DNA from: Lama glama | Lineage: Eukaryota | Direction: 5' to 3' | DNA: 64,000 bases | NCBI GenBank assembly: GCA_028534125.1 | Contig: JAPYYK010000086.1 | Location: 434,001-498,000, forward strand | In this document: piece after piece, positions 1-10,532 of the stretch | How positions within the stretch are numbered: position 1 is the first letter of the stretch | Layout of the letters: each line of letters opens with the position of its first letter | The notes under the pieces: generated by a model | Database searches by the model: none | What the model was told of the DNA's origin: nothing | What the model saw: only the letters and a program-made list of their open reading frames with translations | Position numbers and translations under genes: made by a program

Positions 1-315
1 ATCACATGGGTTTATCACTTGAAGGCAAGGAAGCAACTCAACTACATGCTTTGCTGTCTGTACATAAATTCAGTAACAGACGCTCAGTGACAACCTGCTG
101 ATGGACTTTGAGAGACTAACATGATTGATCAGTGATCATCTGTTCTTTACACAGTGGACCAAAGATCTGACAGCAAAATTGTACTTAACGCAGTTACAGT
201 TAATACACATGACAACTGAAACTTGAACTATGCTATTGGAATATTGTGTTATTTAACTGAAGCTTGGTAACTAGAATTCATGGATATAGGAACCAGGCAA
301 AGCAAAGACTACCTG
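1..315 (+). mobile_element. 3' part of an old Tigger-family (TcMar) DNA transposon remnant
   Basis: Ends in ...GGCAAAGCAAAGACTACCTG, resembling Tigger-type terminal repeats; recognised from memory only. Confidence 0.4.
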
Positions 316-1869
316 CGATTAGAAAATTTCCTTTTTGTATTGTGTGATGAGTCCCACTAGGTTTTATTTTAATGAATATATACCTCTGTCTCAGCTGTTA
401 CATTATATCCATGTGCCCCATACAGTATCTGGCAGATACCAAATGCTCAATACATACTTACTCAATGATTGATTTAAGACCTGGATACTCACTATCATAA
501 CCTCACAAAGAGAATGAACTAGAAAAGTGACTTCTATTTATCATATATTTTCATTTAGCTTCATACATACTAAAATAGTAATAAAATTCAGAATATCAAA
601 CTTTACTAACAGATTTTTTTTATTAAATAGCAACTGTGGGTCTGACATTTTGCTTGGTGATTAAGAATCAGAAATCAAAGAGACGGATGTTTGTCTCCTT
701 CCTCAGGAAGCTTACATGTGGGGTGGGGGAAGAGGTGTGTTAACTTGAGCTACAGCATGGAGGCTGTTGAGATTTGCCTCTGTTCATTATTAACATTCAT
801 GTCACCCATGTCGTGCGCTCTTAGGAAGATAAGCCATAATTTCAGTCTTTGCTGAGTTACTACCCAGTGGAATAGAGCACAGGGTTGTTCTCACCAGTCA
901 CAGGAACATGTGCGGCATGTGAGGCTGCTTTTCCTTCAGAGTCTTGATCCTACAATGCTCTTCACCTACAGCTTCCTATGATCCCCCCGCTTCACGGAGT
1001 TGACCTTCTAACTGAAAGGCCATCTGGAGCGAAGCGAAGAGCACTGGAAAGTCAAGTCCTCGCAATACACGTCACGCAGCCTCTGTTCGTGCCACCCCTC
1101 CCCGTCAAGGTGCTTTTCTGCCGGGCACCTGCCATCCCTTCACCTAATCAAGTGAAATATAGAATCTTGCTCTACCGAGCTCGGATCCCTGACCCTCCAG
1201 TCCAGGTCAAGGACTCCCTCAGATGTTCTCATAGTACCGGATACCTTTCTTTCTAGCACTTAAAATTTTCCAATTAAATATCCTGTATGGGAAGATGTGA
1301 TAAACGTCTCTCTTCTGAGAGGAACTGAGCACCATACATTCACAGTCCCTGGCACAGAGAGCAGGCACGCAACAAACAGAGCTGAATAAAAGAGCTTGGC
1401 TGTGGGTAAGCCAGGTTTCAGACAGAAGAATGTGATAAAAGAGAACCTGTTCTCTGACTTTTAAATTCACTTTCTGATCACTGCTGTTTAGCCAGAGTAG
1501 AACTGGAGTCTGAGGAGGTTTTGTCATTACATCATTTCTGGCCTTTATCCCACGACCTTCTTTCTTCCCCTCTGCCTGGGAGAACATACTGTATAAGGTC
1601 AGTAAGATGATCCAGAGCCCCAGCATAACGTCTTCTCTTGCCAGAAAGATTGCTTCTGCTCTGGGGCACACACCTGCTTCTTCCTTCTCTGCCAGCTCGG
1701 TGAGGGGAATTAGAAACGCTCTTCTTTCCAGGGCTGGTGGGACAAAAGCCTCTAGCTCCTTATTCCTCACTCTACACCAAATGGCAAATGTTCAATAGGC
1801 ACTTAGCATGTGTGCAGCACAGGACCAAATACGCCAGGCAACGGAGTTACACCACAACGCAGCTAGCAG

Positions 1870-2410
1870 CCTCCTTTGCCCCTCCCCATCCAATCAATCC
1901 AAAAATCCAGTTGATGCAAGTTCCCAAACATCTTTGCAGTCAACCTACTTCTTTCTATCTTCATCACCATCACCCAAGACCAAGCCACCATCTTCCTTTG
2001 TCTTTGTCTCTTAAATGGTGTCTCCACATTCATTCTGCCCTCCTCCAGCAGCTCTCCTCACTGAAGCTGCAGTGAGAGGTTTAAGGGTAAACCAGATCTT
2101 TTTGCCTCTCTTTACCACCCCCCTCGCTGCCCCCACAACTTGCTCAAAGCTGGACGGTGTACAACGTTCTGCAATTGCTCTCAGGATAACAGATATCCAC
2201 ATCATATCACGTGAGGCCCTGCACATTCTCGCCCTGACCCACTCTTCTGACTTTTACTCTCTGTGCTGCACCCACTGCGACCTTGTTGAGGTTTCCTGAA
2301 GGAGCTTAGCTTCCACTCACCTCAGAGCCTTTGCACGTCCTCAGCCCTTCATTACTGGTGCCTCCCCCACTCCATCTAGTCAATTCCTCCTCCACTTTCA
2401 GTCATCATCT
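1870..2410 (+). mobile_element. L2 LINE 3' fragment
   Basis: L2-like motifs CATCCAATCAATCC, CCAAGCCACCATC and CCTCAGAGCCTTTGCAC. Confidence 0.6.
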
Positions 2411-2596
2411 CAACTATTGCTAATAAATACAACAGTTGGACTTTGAATCCAGATCTGTTTGTCTCTGAAAGCTGGTACTTCTCCCATCAGACTTTGTTTC
2501 CTCCCAGGAAAGAAATAAGACATGGTGGGAATAATACATGGGCCACATGCTAGTTCAAAAACTGAACAGACATTTTTTCCCAAGGAAAACATACAT

Positions 2597-2765
2597 NNNN
2601 NNNNNNNNNNNNNNNNNNNNNNNNNNNNNNNNNNNNNNNNNNNNNNNNNNNNNNNNNNNNNNNNNNNNNNNNNNNNNNNNNNNNNNNNNNNNNNNNNNNN
2701 NNNNNNNNNNNNNNNNNNNNNNNNNNNNNNNNNNNNNNNNNNNNNNNNNNNNNNNNNNNNNNNNN
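2597..2765. other. Assembly gap (169 N)
   Basis: Run of N flanked by ATACAT and ATATGT, which suggests an unresolved (TA)/(CA) microsatellite. Confidence 0.99.
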
Positions 2766-4384
2766 ATATGTATAAAACAAAAGGGGTATTTCAATAAATC
2801 TGAAAAAGTTTCCTATTTTCCTCTTCTTTTCTCGACTAAACTTTTAATATAATGGTAAGGACTTTATGTCTCGCGTGTCCTTGCATCTCCAGGACCTAGC
2901 ACAGTGAACGCCACTGAAACTGACTGAAATCGAATGGAAATAGGTCTGATTTTAGACACATTCATTCATTTAAACTTGTAGGTTTTCCATCTGAGAACCA
3001 GAACCACACAGATATGCTTTTTCTCATTTTCGCAAATGGGGCTCCTAAATCCTTCCCCTCAGCACCACGTTCACCTCCCTAAACCCCATTTCCCTGATAA
3101 AAGCTCGAGTAACATTATATTCCTTTTAGAAAATCACCTACCAATCTCAGTGTGTGCCCCCAGAAAAACAGTGTCTGATTAACTCCTTGTGCATGGTCCG
3201 TGCTCTGGAGGAACTCACAGTTGAGTTAGAAGGTAAGACATGACTCAGCAACAAATATGAAATATACAGCCCTGACCATAAACACAGCAGCAGTTATCGC
3301 CAGTCATTGTGTGAAGTCCTGTCATAGCTGGACACCAAAGGATGGAAATGAGAAAAAGGAGTTGGATGGCACAGATGGGCTTGGAGAGCTGGTGCTTCAG
3401 CTGAGTTGGTGGGGGTGGGGGAGCCACCATTCTGCCCGTGGGGAGGGGGAACACAGATCCAGTGTTGCAAATCTGCCTTTTTTGGAGTTGGGGGGGAAGC
3501 AAGACATCAGAATTGAAATGTGAAGCCCTTCCATTTTATAATAATACAAACACACTGAAAAATTTTAAAACATAGGGCAGGAAAAATGAACACAGTCACT
3601 AAAGCCAATCTGGCCCATGGATATATTGGGACCTACGAGATAAATGACACCATTTAGTTTCCACTTGGTGCTTAATAGAGACTTCAGGTATTGGAGAAGT
3701 TGAGAAGAGGAATGAACGATTTTGTTGGAGAAAGTTTGAGAGAAGAGGTTAGTACTTTAAGACGATCCTTGAGAAATGAGTACCATTAGACAGGCAGAGG
3801 GAAAGGGACCCTTGCAGGCAAGAGGAAAGATGCGTGAGATAAAGCTCTCACTATCAGGGATGAGAGACTCTTCCTAGTGTTGGAGGAAATATGGCTGATG
3901 GATCAAGTTGGAAAAAATTAAGGAGGACCCTGTCACCACAGCTGGTAGAGGATCATCTGGGGACCTGACAGTCCGTGAAGCACCACTGTGGGCTAAGTCC
4001 TGAGGGATGGAGGCTGAGGCTCAGCTGAAGCAGATGGGGGAGCTGAATGGAGAAGGGATGTTGTTTTGCCCGAGCGGGAAGGCGGGTCTGCTGGAAGGGA
4101 AGGCCTCCTCCACTCCTTGTGCTTGGCCAGTACTTGTCAAAGAGAATTTAACCTGGGGCAGCGAGGCACAGAAGACACACTGTCCCCTGGAATCACTTCC
4201 TAACCCACTTCAAGTGGGTCAGCCAGGTGTTTCAGTAGCTAAAAAAGGTGGGGAAGGAGATCATGATCTCAAGAGTAAAGATGGAAAGTAAGATTGCTGC
4301 GGGTGGATGACACCGAAGAGGGAGGAGGGAGGCGATGGAGATGAAGGAAACACCAGGAAGACCGTGGGGCCAGCGAAGGCCGAC

Positions 4385-4408
4385 CTTTCAGTGATGAGCA
4401 CTAAGAAC
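4385..4408 (-). CDS. Candidate 24-nt microexon, open only in phase 2 (R-FLVLITE-R/S)
   Basis: Minus strand ccgttctgtttcacctcag|GTTCTTAGTGCTCATCACTGAAAG|gtcggc; length is a multiple of 3; donor non-optimal. Confidence 0.3.
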
Positions 4409-4488
4409 CTGAGGTGAAACAGAACGGGATGATTTGGCTTTTTAATACAGGTTCATGAAGACACCTGGCGTTAAATCCACTGAGCCCT

Positions 4489-4622
4489 GAATGTGTGTCA
4501 GAGAACAGAGGGAGAGAGGGGCGAGAAGGAGAAGATGGAGAAGAGAGAGAGAAAGAGCAAGAAGACAGAGAAGATGGTGAGTCGGAGCAGGGAGACGGAG
4601 GAGGGAGGAGGAGGGGGAGAGA
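4489..4622 (-). promoter_or_regulatory. Long polypyrimidine tract and 134-nt AG-exclusion zone upstream of a candidate 3' splice site at 4487-4488
   Basis: Plus strand is GA-rich with no CT dinucleotide from 4489 to 4622; minus strand has a CTCAC branch-like motif at 4577-4581 followed by a CU-rich tract. Confidence 0.4.
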
Positions 4623-5547
4623 CTAATGCAGGTAATTCAGCAGCCATTCTACAGTGTCGGTGTCGGCGTGCGTCCCAGGTGGGCGCGAGGGGTGCGGCAT
4701 CCTCAGGCTGGCTCCGCAGCCGAGTTTCATTCTCTCTTGCTTCTTACATAGTGTGAGCTTCTAGGTGTGATTTTACATGACAGCTACTCAAATTAAAAAA
4801 AAAAAAATTAATGCATCCCGTGTACAAATGAGGAAATCGCAATCTGTTCCAGCCCTAGAGGAACATCTGGTTGTGCTGGACCTCCAGAGAGTGGGATGTG
4901 GTCTCCAGTGTGAGATTTCCAAAGTTAAGTTTGACTCTAAATGGTACTTGTTCTTTATGTAAGGATGGAGAACACAGTCCCCTGACAGAACGCAGCTCCA
5001 CTGAGGAAGAGAGGGTTCATCTCCGTGGAATCGGCTATGGAAACGCACCAGGTGGTGAGCAGTTGCGTGGAGGCAGAAGCTGGCCCAAAGCGGCATCTGG
5101 TAATTTCTTAAGAAGCTGAATATGCAGGGAAGTAAGGGTGGCTAAGGAGACATGGCCTAGGGAGAGAACAGGGCCGAGCCAGGCCAGGAGATGCCAGAGG
5201 TCTGACTCCAGCTCAGCTAAGAGGAGGCAGCAGTGGGTCTGGGGGAGCCTCATGAACCAGAAGGGATTTGCCAGACTGTCTAGGGCTGCTGCTGAGGGGC
5301 CGAGAAGAGCTGCTGGGGAGGGAGGTCATCCATCATTTGGGGCAATATCTGTCCAGGCTGAGCACCTAGGAGAGGCAGAGGAGCCATTTCCAGGGAGAGG
5401 AAAGTGCGCTCTTTGAAGGAGGGAAAATACCAAGAGGAGATTTTGCTTTTCAAAGGAAATAATGCACGTTGGTTAGAAACACAGCCCGATGGCTTGTGCT
5501 GTTTGTTGTGCAGCCTGCTGTCTTTTTAGGCAGAATTCATCACTCAC

Positions 5548-5612
5548 CGCTCCGTCAAGCAGGAAGGCGGCCAGAGACTTCCTCAAAGTTGATAGGATGG
5601 AACTTCTTCCAT
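5548..5612 (-). other. Candidate exon (65 nt; phase 1 to 0 reading DGRSSILSTLRKSLAAFLLDGA), or the 3' end of a longer or first exon
   Basis: Donor GCG|GTGAGT; acceptor ataattggcag has a poor pyrimidine tract. Confidence 0.2.
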
Positions 5613-6327
5613 CTGCCAATTATGGTGACCTTAGAAATTCAATAAACTCTATCGGGCACACGCAAGCAGCTTAATCACGAGGAAAGCAAGAGCACATTTG
5701 CACAAGCAGAGACCCGCTGTGTATGAGCATCTCAAGTCACTTCAAACACCAGGAGAGAAAATGCAACTGGAGACAGACCTCAGCAGTGGAGAGATGACAA
5801 GCCCATGAGTTGCAGAGGTGCATAATTTTACATTTTGTTACGTCCTGGGTTACTATACCTAATTTTGAGAAAAGCCTCATTAGCGACACTAAAACGTGGT
5901 CCAGGCTGAATACAGTGTCTGGCTGAAAATGTTCTCTGACACGCATCTCTCTCCGACACAAGGATGCAGGTCTGAATAAGCCACACAGTGGACATAGGAC
6001 GACCTGGGTCTGAACCTCCCCTCACCCAAAGTGAAGTCTCACCACTGCTTTACTGATAGAACAGGGAAGGGGACCTGAGGGATGGGTTCTAACATGACGT
6101 GCTGACAACTGGCCAGTGGCACAGATGGCCCAGCCTAGCTTGTCCCCAGGCTTGGAGGGGCCAGGGGTTGGGAGGGGTTGCAGGGAACACACATCGTGCT
6201 GGCTCTATCTGGTGCTTAAGAACCTGCAGGCTGAGCCTTGGACTTGGAGTCCAGGCAGACTGAGGCATCACCCTGTAGCCCGCAACACACAGCGCCCTGC
6301 AGAATAACGAGAAATCGCGGCTCCTAC

Positions 6328-6438
6328 CTACACAAAGGTGAGAGGCTTCTGGACTCATTTCTGACGCCGGTGTCTGGACTGCAGGAGCAGCTGCCACGAA
6401 GCGTTACTGCACGGAAGGCTGCTGCCCGTGAATCTTTC
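6328..6438 (-). CDS. Candidate 111-nt symmetric exon (phase 2-2; KDSRAAAFRAVTLRGSCSCSPDTGVRNESRSLSPLC)
   Basis: gctctcttaacag|G...TAG|gtagga; open frame, CpG retained, not a recognisable repeat. Confidence 0.25.
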
Positions 6439-6906
6439 CTGTTAAGAGAGCAGCCACCATGTTTCATGAGGGAGGCACATGCCCTCAACAAAGCTGAGTT
6501 GTGAAGATGGAGAAAAAACATCTCCCCAGTGATTATACCTAACAGTTTAAGGACAACCAGGAATGAATGAGCAGAGCATTGAAGAAGAGACAACATTCCC
6601 CTCTCTGCCCATCACAAACCAATTTATCTTTCAATTCCCAGCTCGAACGCCACCTACGTAGCCAAGCTTTATCCTATATTCCCACTTCACAGCTCTTTGC
6701 TACATTGTGATTTGCTCCTGTGTGCCTACATTACGCTGAGGAGACCTCTACTAAAGCACTTCTATAAATTCTATTGTAGACTCTGTTTATTTCCTTGTCA
6801 GTTTCCTCTCCTAGCGGTTATTCCTTGATATAAAGTCTGAGTAATTTAAAAAAAATTAATTATGTGCTCATCCTCTAATACGAAAAGCATGGTAGTGTTC
6901 AATACC

Positions 6907-6955
6907 ATGATATAATAAATGCATTTAAAAATGATATAATAAATGCATTTTAAAA
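6907..6955. repeat. Tandem duplication of a 24-bp unit (ATGATATAATAAATGCATTTAAAA x2)
   Basis: Seen directly at 6907-6930 and 6931-6955; the second copy has one extra T. Confidence 0.9.
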
Positions 6956-6965
6956 AAATAAAGGT

Positions 6966-7060
6966 GACTGAGCCACACCAAAGCATTGTTACTTGAACAC
7001 TGGAATTTGACACAACATTGTAAAATGATTATAAATCAATAAAAAATGTTAAAAAAAAAT
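6966..7060 (+). mobile_element. Young, severely 5'-truncated L1 (camelid-type 3' tip) with target-site duplication
   Basis: TGAACACTGGAATTTGACACAACATTGTAAAATGATTATAAATCAATAAAAAATGTT plus poly(A); TSD AAAAAAATAAAGGT at 6952-6965 and 7053-7066. Confidence 0.85.
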
Positions 7061-7799
7061 AAAGGTACTGAATTCTGATGTCCAGCTACCCAAGCTTTAG
7101 GAAAAATAAAAAGGTTTTATTTGTTTATTTTTAATTTTTTAAAAATCTGCTCATTTGCTAACTATAATAACAGGCCTTTTATTAAACTTCCAACTGAGAA
7201 GAGAGTTTGGAGAGGGAAGTTGGCTAATGGAAGTAAATATTCAGAATGTGTAATATTTTTTTAATCACTCTTTGTTCACTGAAGCTTCATAATTGGTGCT
7301 CCCACTAATGGTGTTTCTTATTTTGGTTCTCAAAGAAAAACAAACAACCTAAAATAGACACCGTGGAAAGCCGTCTAGATTGCCAGACACCAGCTTCCTC
7401 TGGGGAGTGATGCTCAGATGGAAGGGGCCATGGAAAAGGAATTAAGAAACGGATATTCCTCTGTTAAAGGCTCGGACAGATTTAAAAATGAGTTCTTTTA
7501 GGGAGATTCATATTTTTTAAAATCTGTAGACAAAAATGAATACAGAACTCTTTACCAAGTTCTGTGCTCAGTTAATCAGAAATTTGCAGCACATGTGCAG
7601 GGCTTTGTGAAATACCTGGATTTTAGAAATATCTCTGTTTTTAAGGAGACATGTTAAGGAATGTTTTCCTAGCACAGCCATGCATATAAATGCCATCCTC
7701 TATAGCTCTTAAAAACACAGTTTCTCCAGCCCAGAAAAGTTTTATTTGCTAACTTCACCAGAGAATTGTTCTGTTATTATTACTGTCAGTGTTACTTTT

Positions 7800-8330
7800 G
7801 TCATTATTAGATTTTCCATAACATCCACCCTTCTTCTGAGAACAAAATGCATCTTTTCAATAAGAAATCTACTCCATCTGGTTTGAGTGAGGCTAAATCC
7901 CTTCTACTACATGGTCCCACCCTAGTGTGACCCAGGCCCAGCCCGCCCGACACTCCATCATACTAGTTGCTGGGATGGACACGTGGCTCACAGTGCCAAT
8001 AATACGCTTCCTGGAGGTTTGCAACATGGGCACTTGGACAGAGAGACTTTCTCTTCCTTTTAATCATCAGCTATAATGATGTAGGCTTGGGATTACCACC
8101 TACAGGCGGAAATAATGTACCAGAGAACGGAGTCAACAGGTAGAAGTGAGCAGAGTTGAGAGACAGAGGAAGAAGGCTCTAAAGCTGCCACATCAGTCTC
8201 TGTGTCCAGGGGGGCTTGAGAGTTAGTTAACCCTGTGCTTCACGGGCATGTGAGCCAACAAATGAGCTTTTTTTTTTAGTGAGTTTGACTTTGGATTCTG
8301 TGACATACAACACAAAAGTCTAATCAATAA
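7800..8330 (+). mobile_element. MaLR LTR (old MLT1 subfamily)
   Basis: MLT1-like 3' end: ATGTGAGCCAACAAAT...GGATTCTGTGACATACAAC...CTAATCAATA. Confidence 0.6.
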
Positions 8331-8969
8331 TCCATCTTTTGCCTATTTTATGGAAACTATGCAACAGTGAGGCTCTGAACACTCTAGGTGGACTCTCACC
8401 TTTGGTCTTGCTGCTCTTCCTATTAGAAATCCCTCTCTGCACAATCAATTGTTATGGTCCAACCCAAGACCCATTTCTTTCATGAGCTTCTTTCCTCCAT
8501 GTTTGGGAGCCTCTTATGTAGAACACACTATGCAAATAAGAATTTCTCACACCAGATCCCCAGGATCCTCAAACTATCCAGGAAGGTTTATATTTTCATT
8601 TGTTAGTCTGTATTAGCTACTTCTTGAGCACTCACTTGGTGCCAGACTCGCTGATAAGTACAGAGAATAGAGAAATGAACAAAATATTCAAGGGTTTCGA
8701 GGTAGCTAGTAAGGGATGAGCCATGGGCAACAGATAACAACCATCTAGTGATGGATGTAAGTAAGCAAATTTAAGAAAGTGATCAATGTGGTGAAGAAGG
8801 TGTGACAGGATCACGTGTTACAGTGACTCCAGGAGGAAGGAGCTGTTTCAGACGGAGGGGGTCTGTCTAAACATACACTTGAACATATTTAAGTACAGAT
8901 TATAATAAAGACAACATAAGGCAACACTAGAAAAAGTACTACTTTTTTCCTCCATTAAAAGGGGTCTCC

Positions 8970-9560
8970 AAAATGCTAAATGGAGAGTTGCTCTATGACC
9001 CAGCAATTCCACTCCTAGGTTTGTACCCGACAGAAATGAAAACATGTCCACACAAAAATGTTTACACAAATGTGCGTAACAGCACAATTCATAATAGCCA
9101 AACAGTGGAAACAAGCCAAACGTCCATAAACTGATGACTGAATAAAGAAAACATGGTGCAGCTGTACACTGGAATATTACTCAGCTAGAAACAGGAATGA
9201 AGTATATATGTGACAACACAGGTGAATCTTGAAAACATTACTCTAAGTGAAAGCAGCCAGTCACAAAAGGTCATGTGTTGTGTGATCCCATTTATGTGAA
9301 AAGTTCAGAATGGGTAATTCCATAAAGACAGAAAGTAGGTGAATGAATCCTGGGGCTGGAGAAGTGGGGGGTGGGATGGGGAGTGACTACTACTGGATAT
9401 ATGTGGGGTCTCTTTTGAGGTATTAAAATATTCTAAAATTAGGTAGCAGTGATGGTTGTGCAACTTTGCACAACTAGAAACCACTGCACCCTTTAAATGG
9501 GTGAATTTTATGGTGTATGAATTACATCTCAATAAGGCTGTAAAAAAATCTACTAAAAAA
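8970..9560 (+). mobile_element. L1MB-type 3' end
   Basis: ATGACCCAGCAATTCCACTCCTAGGT, AATGAAAACATGTCCACACAAAAA, GGGTGAATTTTATGGTGTATGAATTACATCTCAATAA and an A-rich tail. Confidence 0.88.
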
Positions 9561-9824
9561 AGTCTCTGTAGCACAAAATTGTACAGTTCAACTTCACTTA
9601 ATTAATCAAATGTTGTTTGCATATTGATTGTACTCTGTTGTTCCCCTGTGTTTCCTAGCTCTTCTGACCCAAACTGCCATCAAGCTCCCGGGCAGTAGGG
9701 ACTGCGTTTTCCGTTTCTGTAATATTTATTTGGCACTCCCCCAGGAGTATATACACAACAGGGTCTCATTAAATATATTGCTGACTGGTGGGTCATTTCA
9801 TGAAAGGCAGCAAGAAGGATACAG

Positions 9825-10207
9825 TCTGGGAGGTTTCCTAGGGCCGCCATGACAGAGTACCACAAACTGAGTGGCTTAAAAAAAATTCGTCATCTCCTAA
9901 TTGTGGAGGCTGGAAATCTGAGATCAAGGTGTTGGTAGGGTTGGTTCCTTTTGAGGGCTGTGAGGGAAGGATCTGTTCCAGGCCTCTCCTTGGTGTGTGG
10001 TCGGCCATCTTCATGGTCACATGGCACTTTCTCTCTCTGTTTAATGTGTCTCTGTGTCCACCAGTCCTGTTAGGTTAGGACCCACCTGAATGACCCCATT
10101 TCAACTTGACTACCTGTCAGTGTGGTCACTTTCTGAAGAACTGGGGATTAGGACTCCAACACATCCTTTAGTGGCAGGGAGAGGGGATACAATTCAACTC
10201 CTAACAG
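9825..10207 (-). mobile_element. MaLR LTR, MLT1B/MLT1C-like
   Basis: TACCACAAACTGAGTGGCTTAAA, GGAGGCTGGAAATCTGAGATCAAGGTGTTGGTAGGGTTGGTTCC, ending ACAATTCAACTCCTAACA. Confidence 0.85.
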
Positions 10208-10412
10208 ATCAATTTTCAGTTTCTATTAAAAAATCTTATCCATGAAGTGTATGATTGCATAAACTCCCTGACAGCTCCCAGGCTGGAGGATTTCAGCCAT
10301 GCCTCAGGTAGTGACGATCATACGGGTATTATTAAATCTCCAAAGTTGAACAGAAAGTGTCTCACTCCAGTGACCAGGCTGTAATTCAGCCTTTTTGCAA
10401 AGACTTTCTTAC

Positions 10413-10532
10413 TTTGCAGTCCACTGCTTTGCCCTATCACCAGATGAACTCATTTGGCTTAGCCTTCTTCTTATGTCCACCGATTTCTTAATGTCAAATC
10501 AAAGGGCAAGCCAAGTGAGGCGCTCAATTTTT
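10413..10532 (-). other. Candidate 120-nt exon with a stop in all three frames (non-coding, poison or first coding exon)
   Basis: gctctgtacctttcag|AAAAATTG...GCAAA|gtaaga; the phase-2 frame has a single TGA. Confidence 0.25.

Noticed and set aside
1219-1770. Longest ORF (183 aa, minus strand)
   Set aside because: Non-ATG start, no recognisable domain and no coherent splice boundaries; this length is compatible with chance in 64 kb over six frames.
2522-2852. ORFs spanning the first N-run (and likewise 54116-54524)
   Set aside because: Artefacts of translating N as X.
4536-4582. Plus-strand ATG|GTGAGT donor after a Lys/Glu/Arg-rich mini-ORF
   Set aside because: It lies in a GA low-complexity tract, I found no supporting plus-strand exon chain, and it is equally explained as the minus-strand CTCAC branch motif.
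4964-5099. Plus-strand exon-like segment (DGEHSPLTERSSTEEERVHLRGIG...)
   Set aside because: Weak AAG acceptor and GTAATT donor, isolated, and no homolog recognised.
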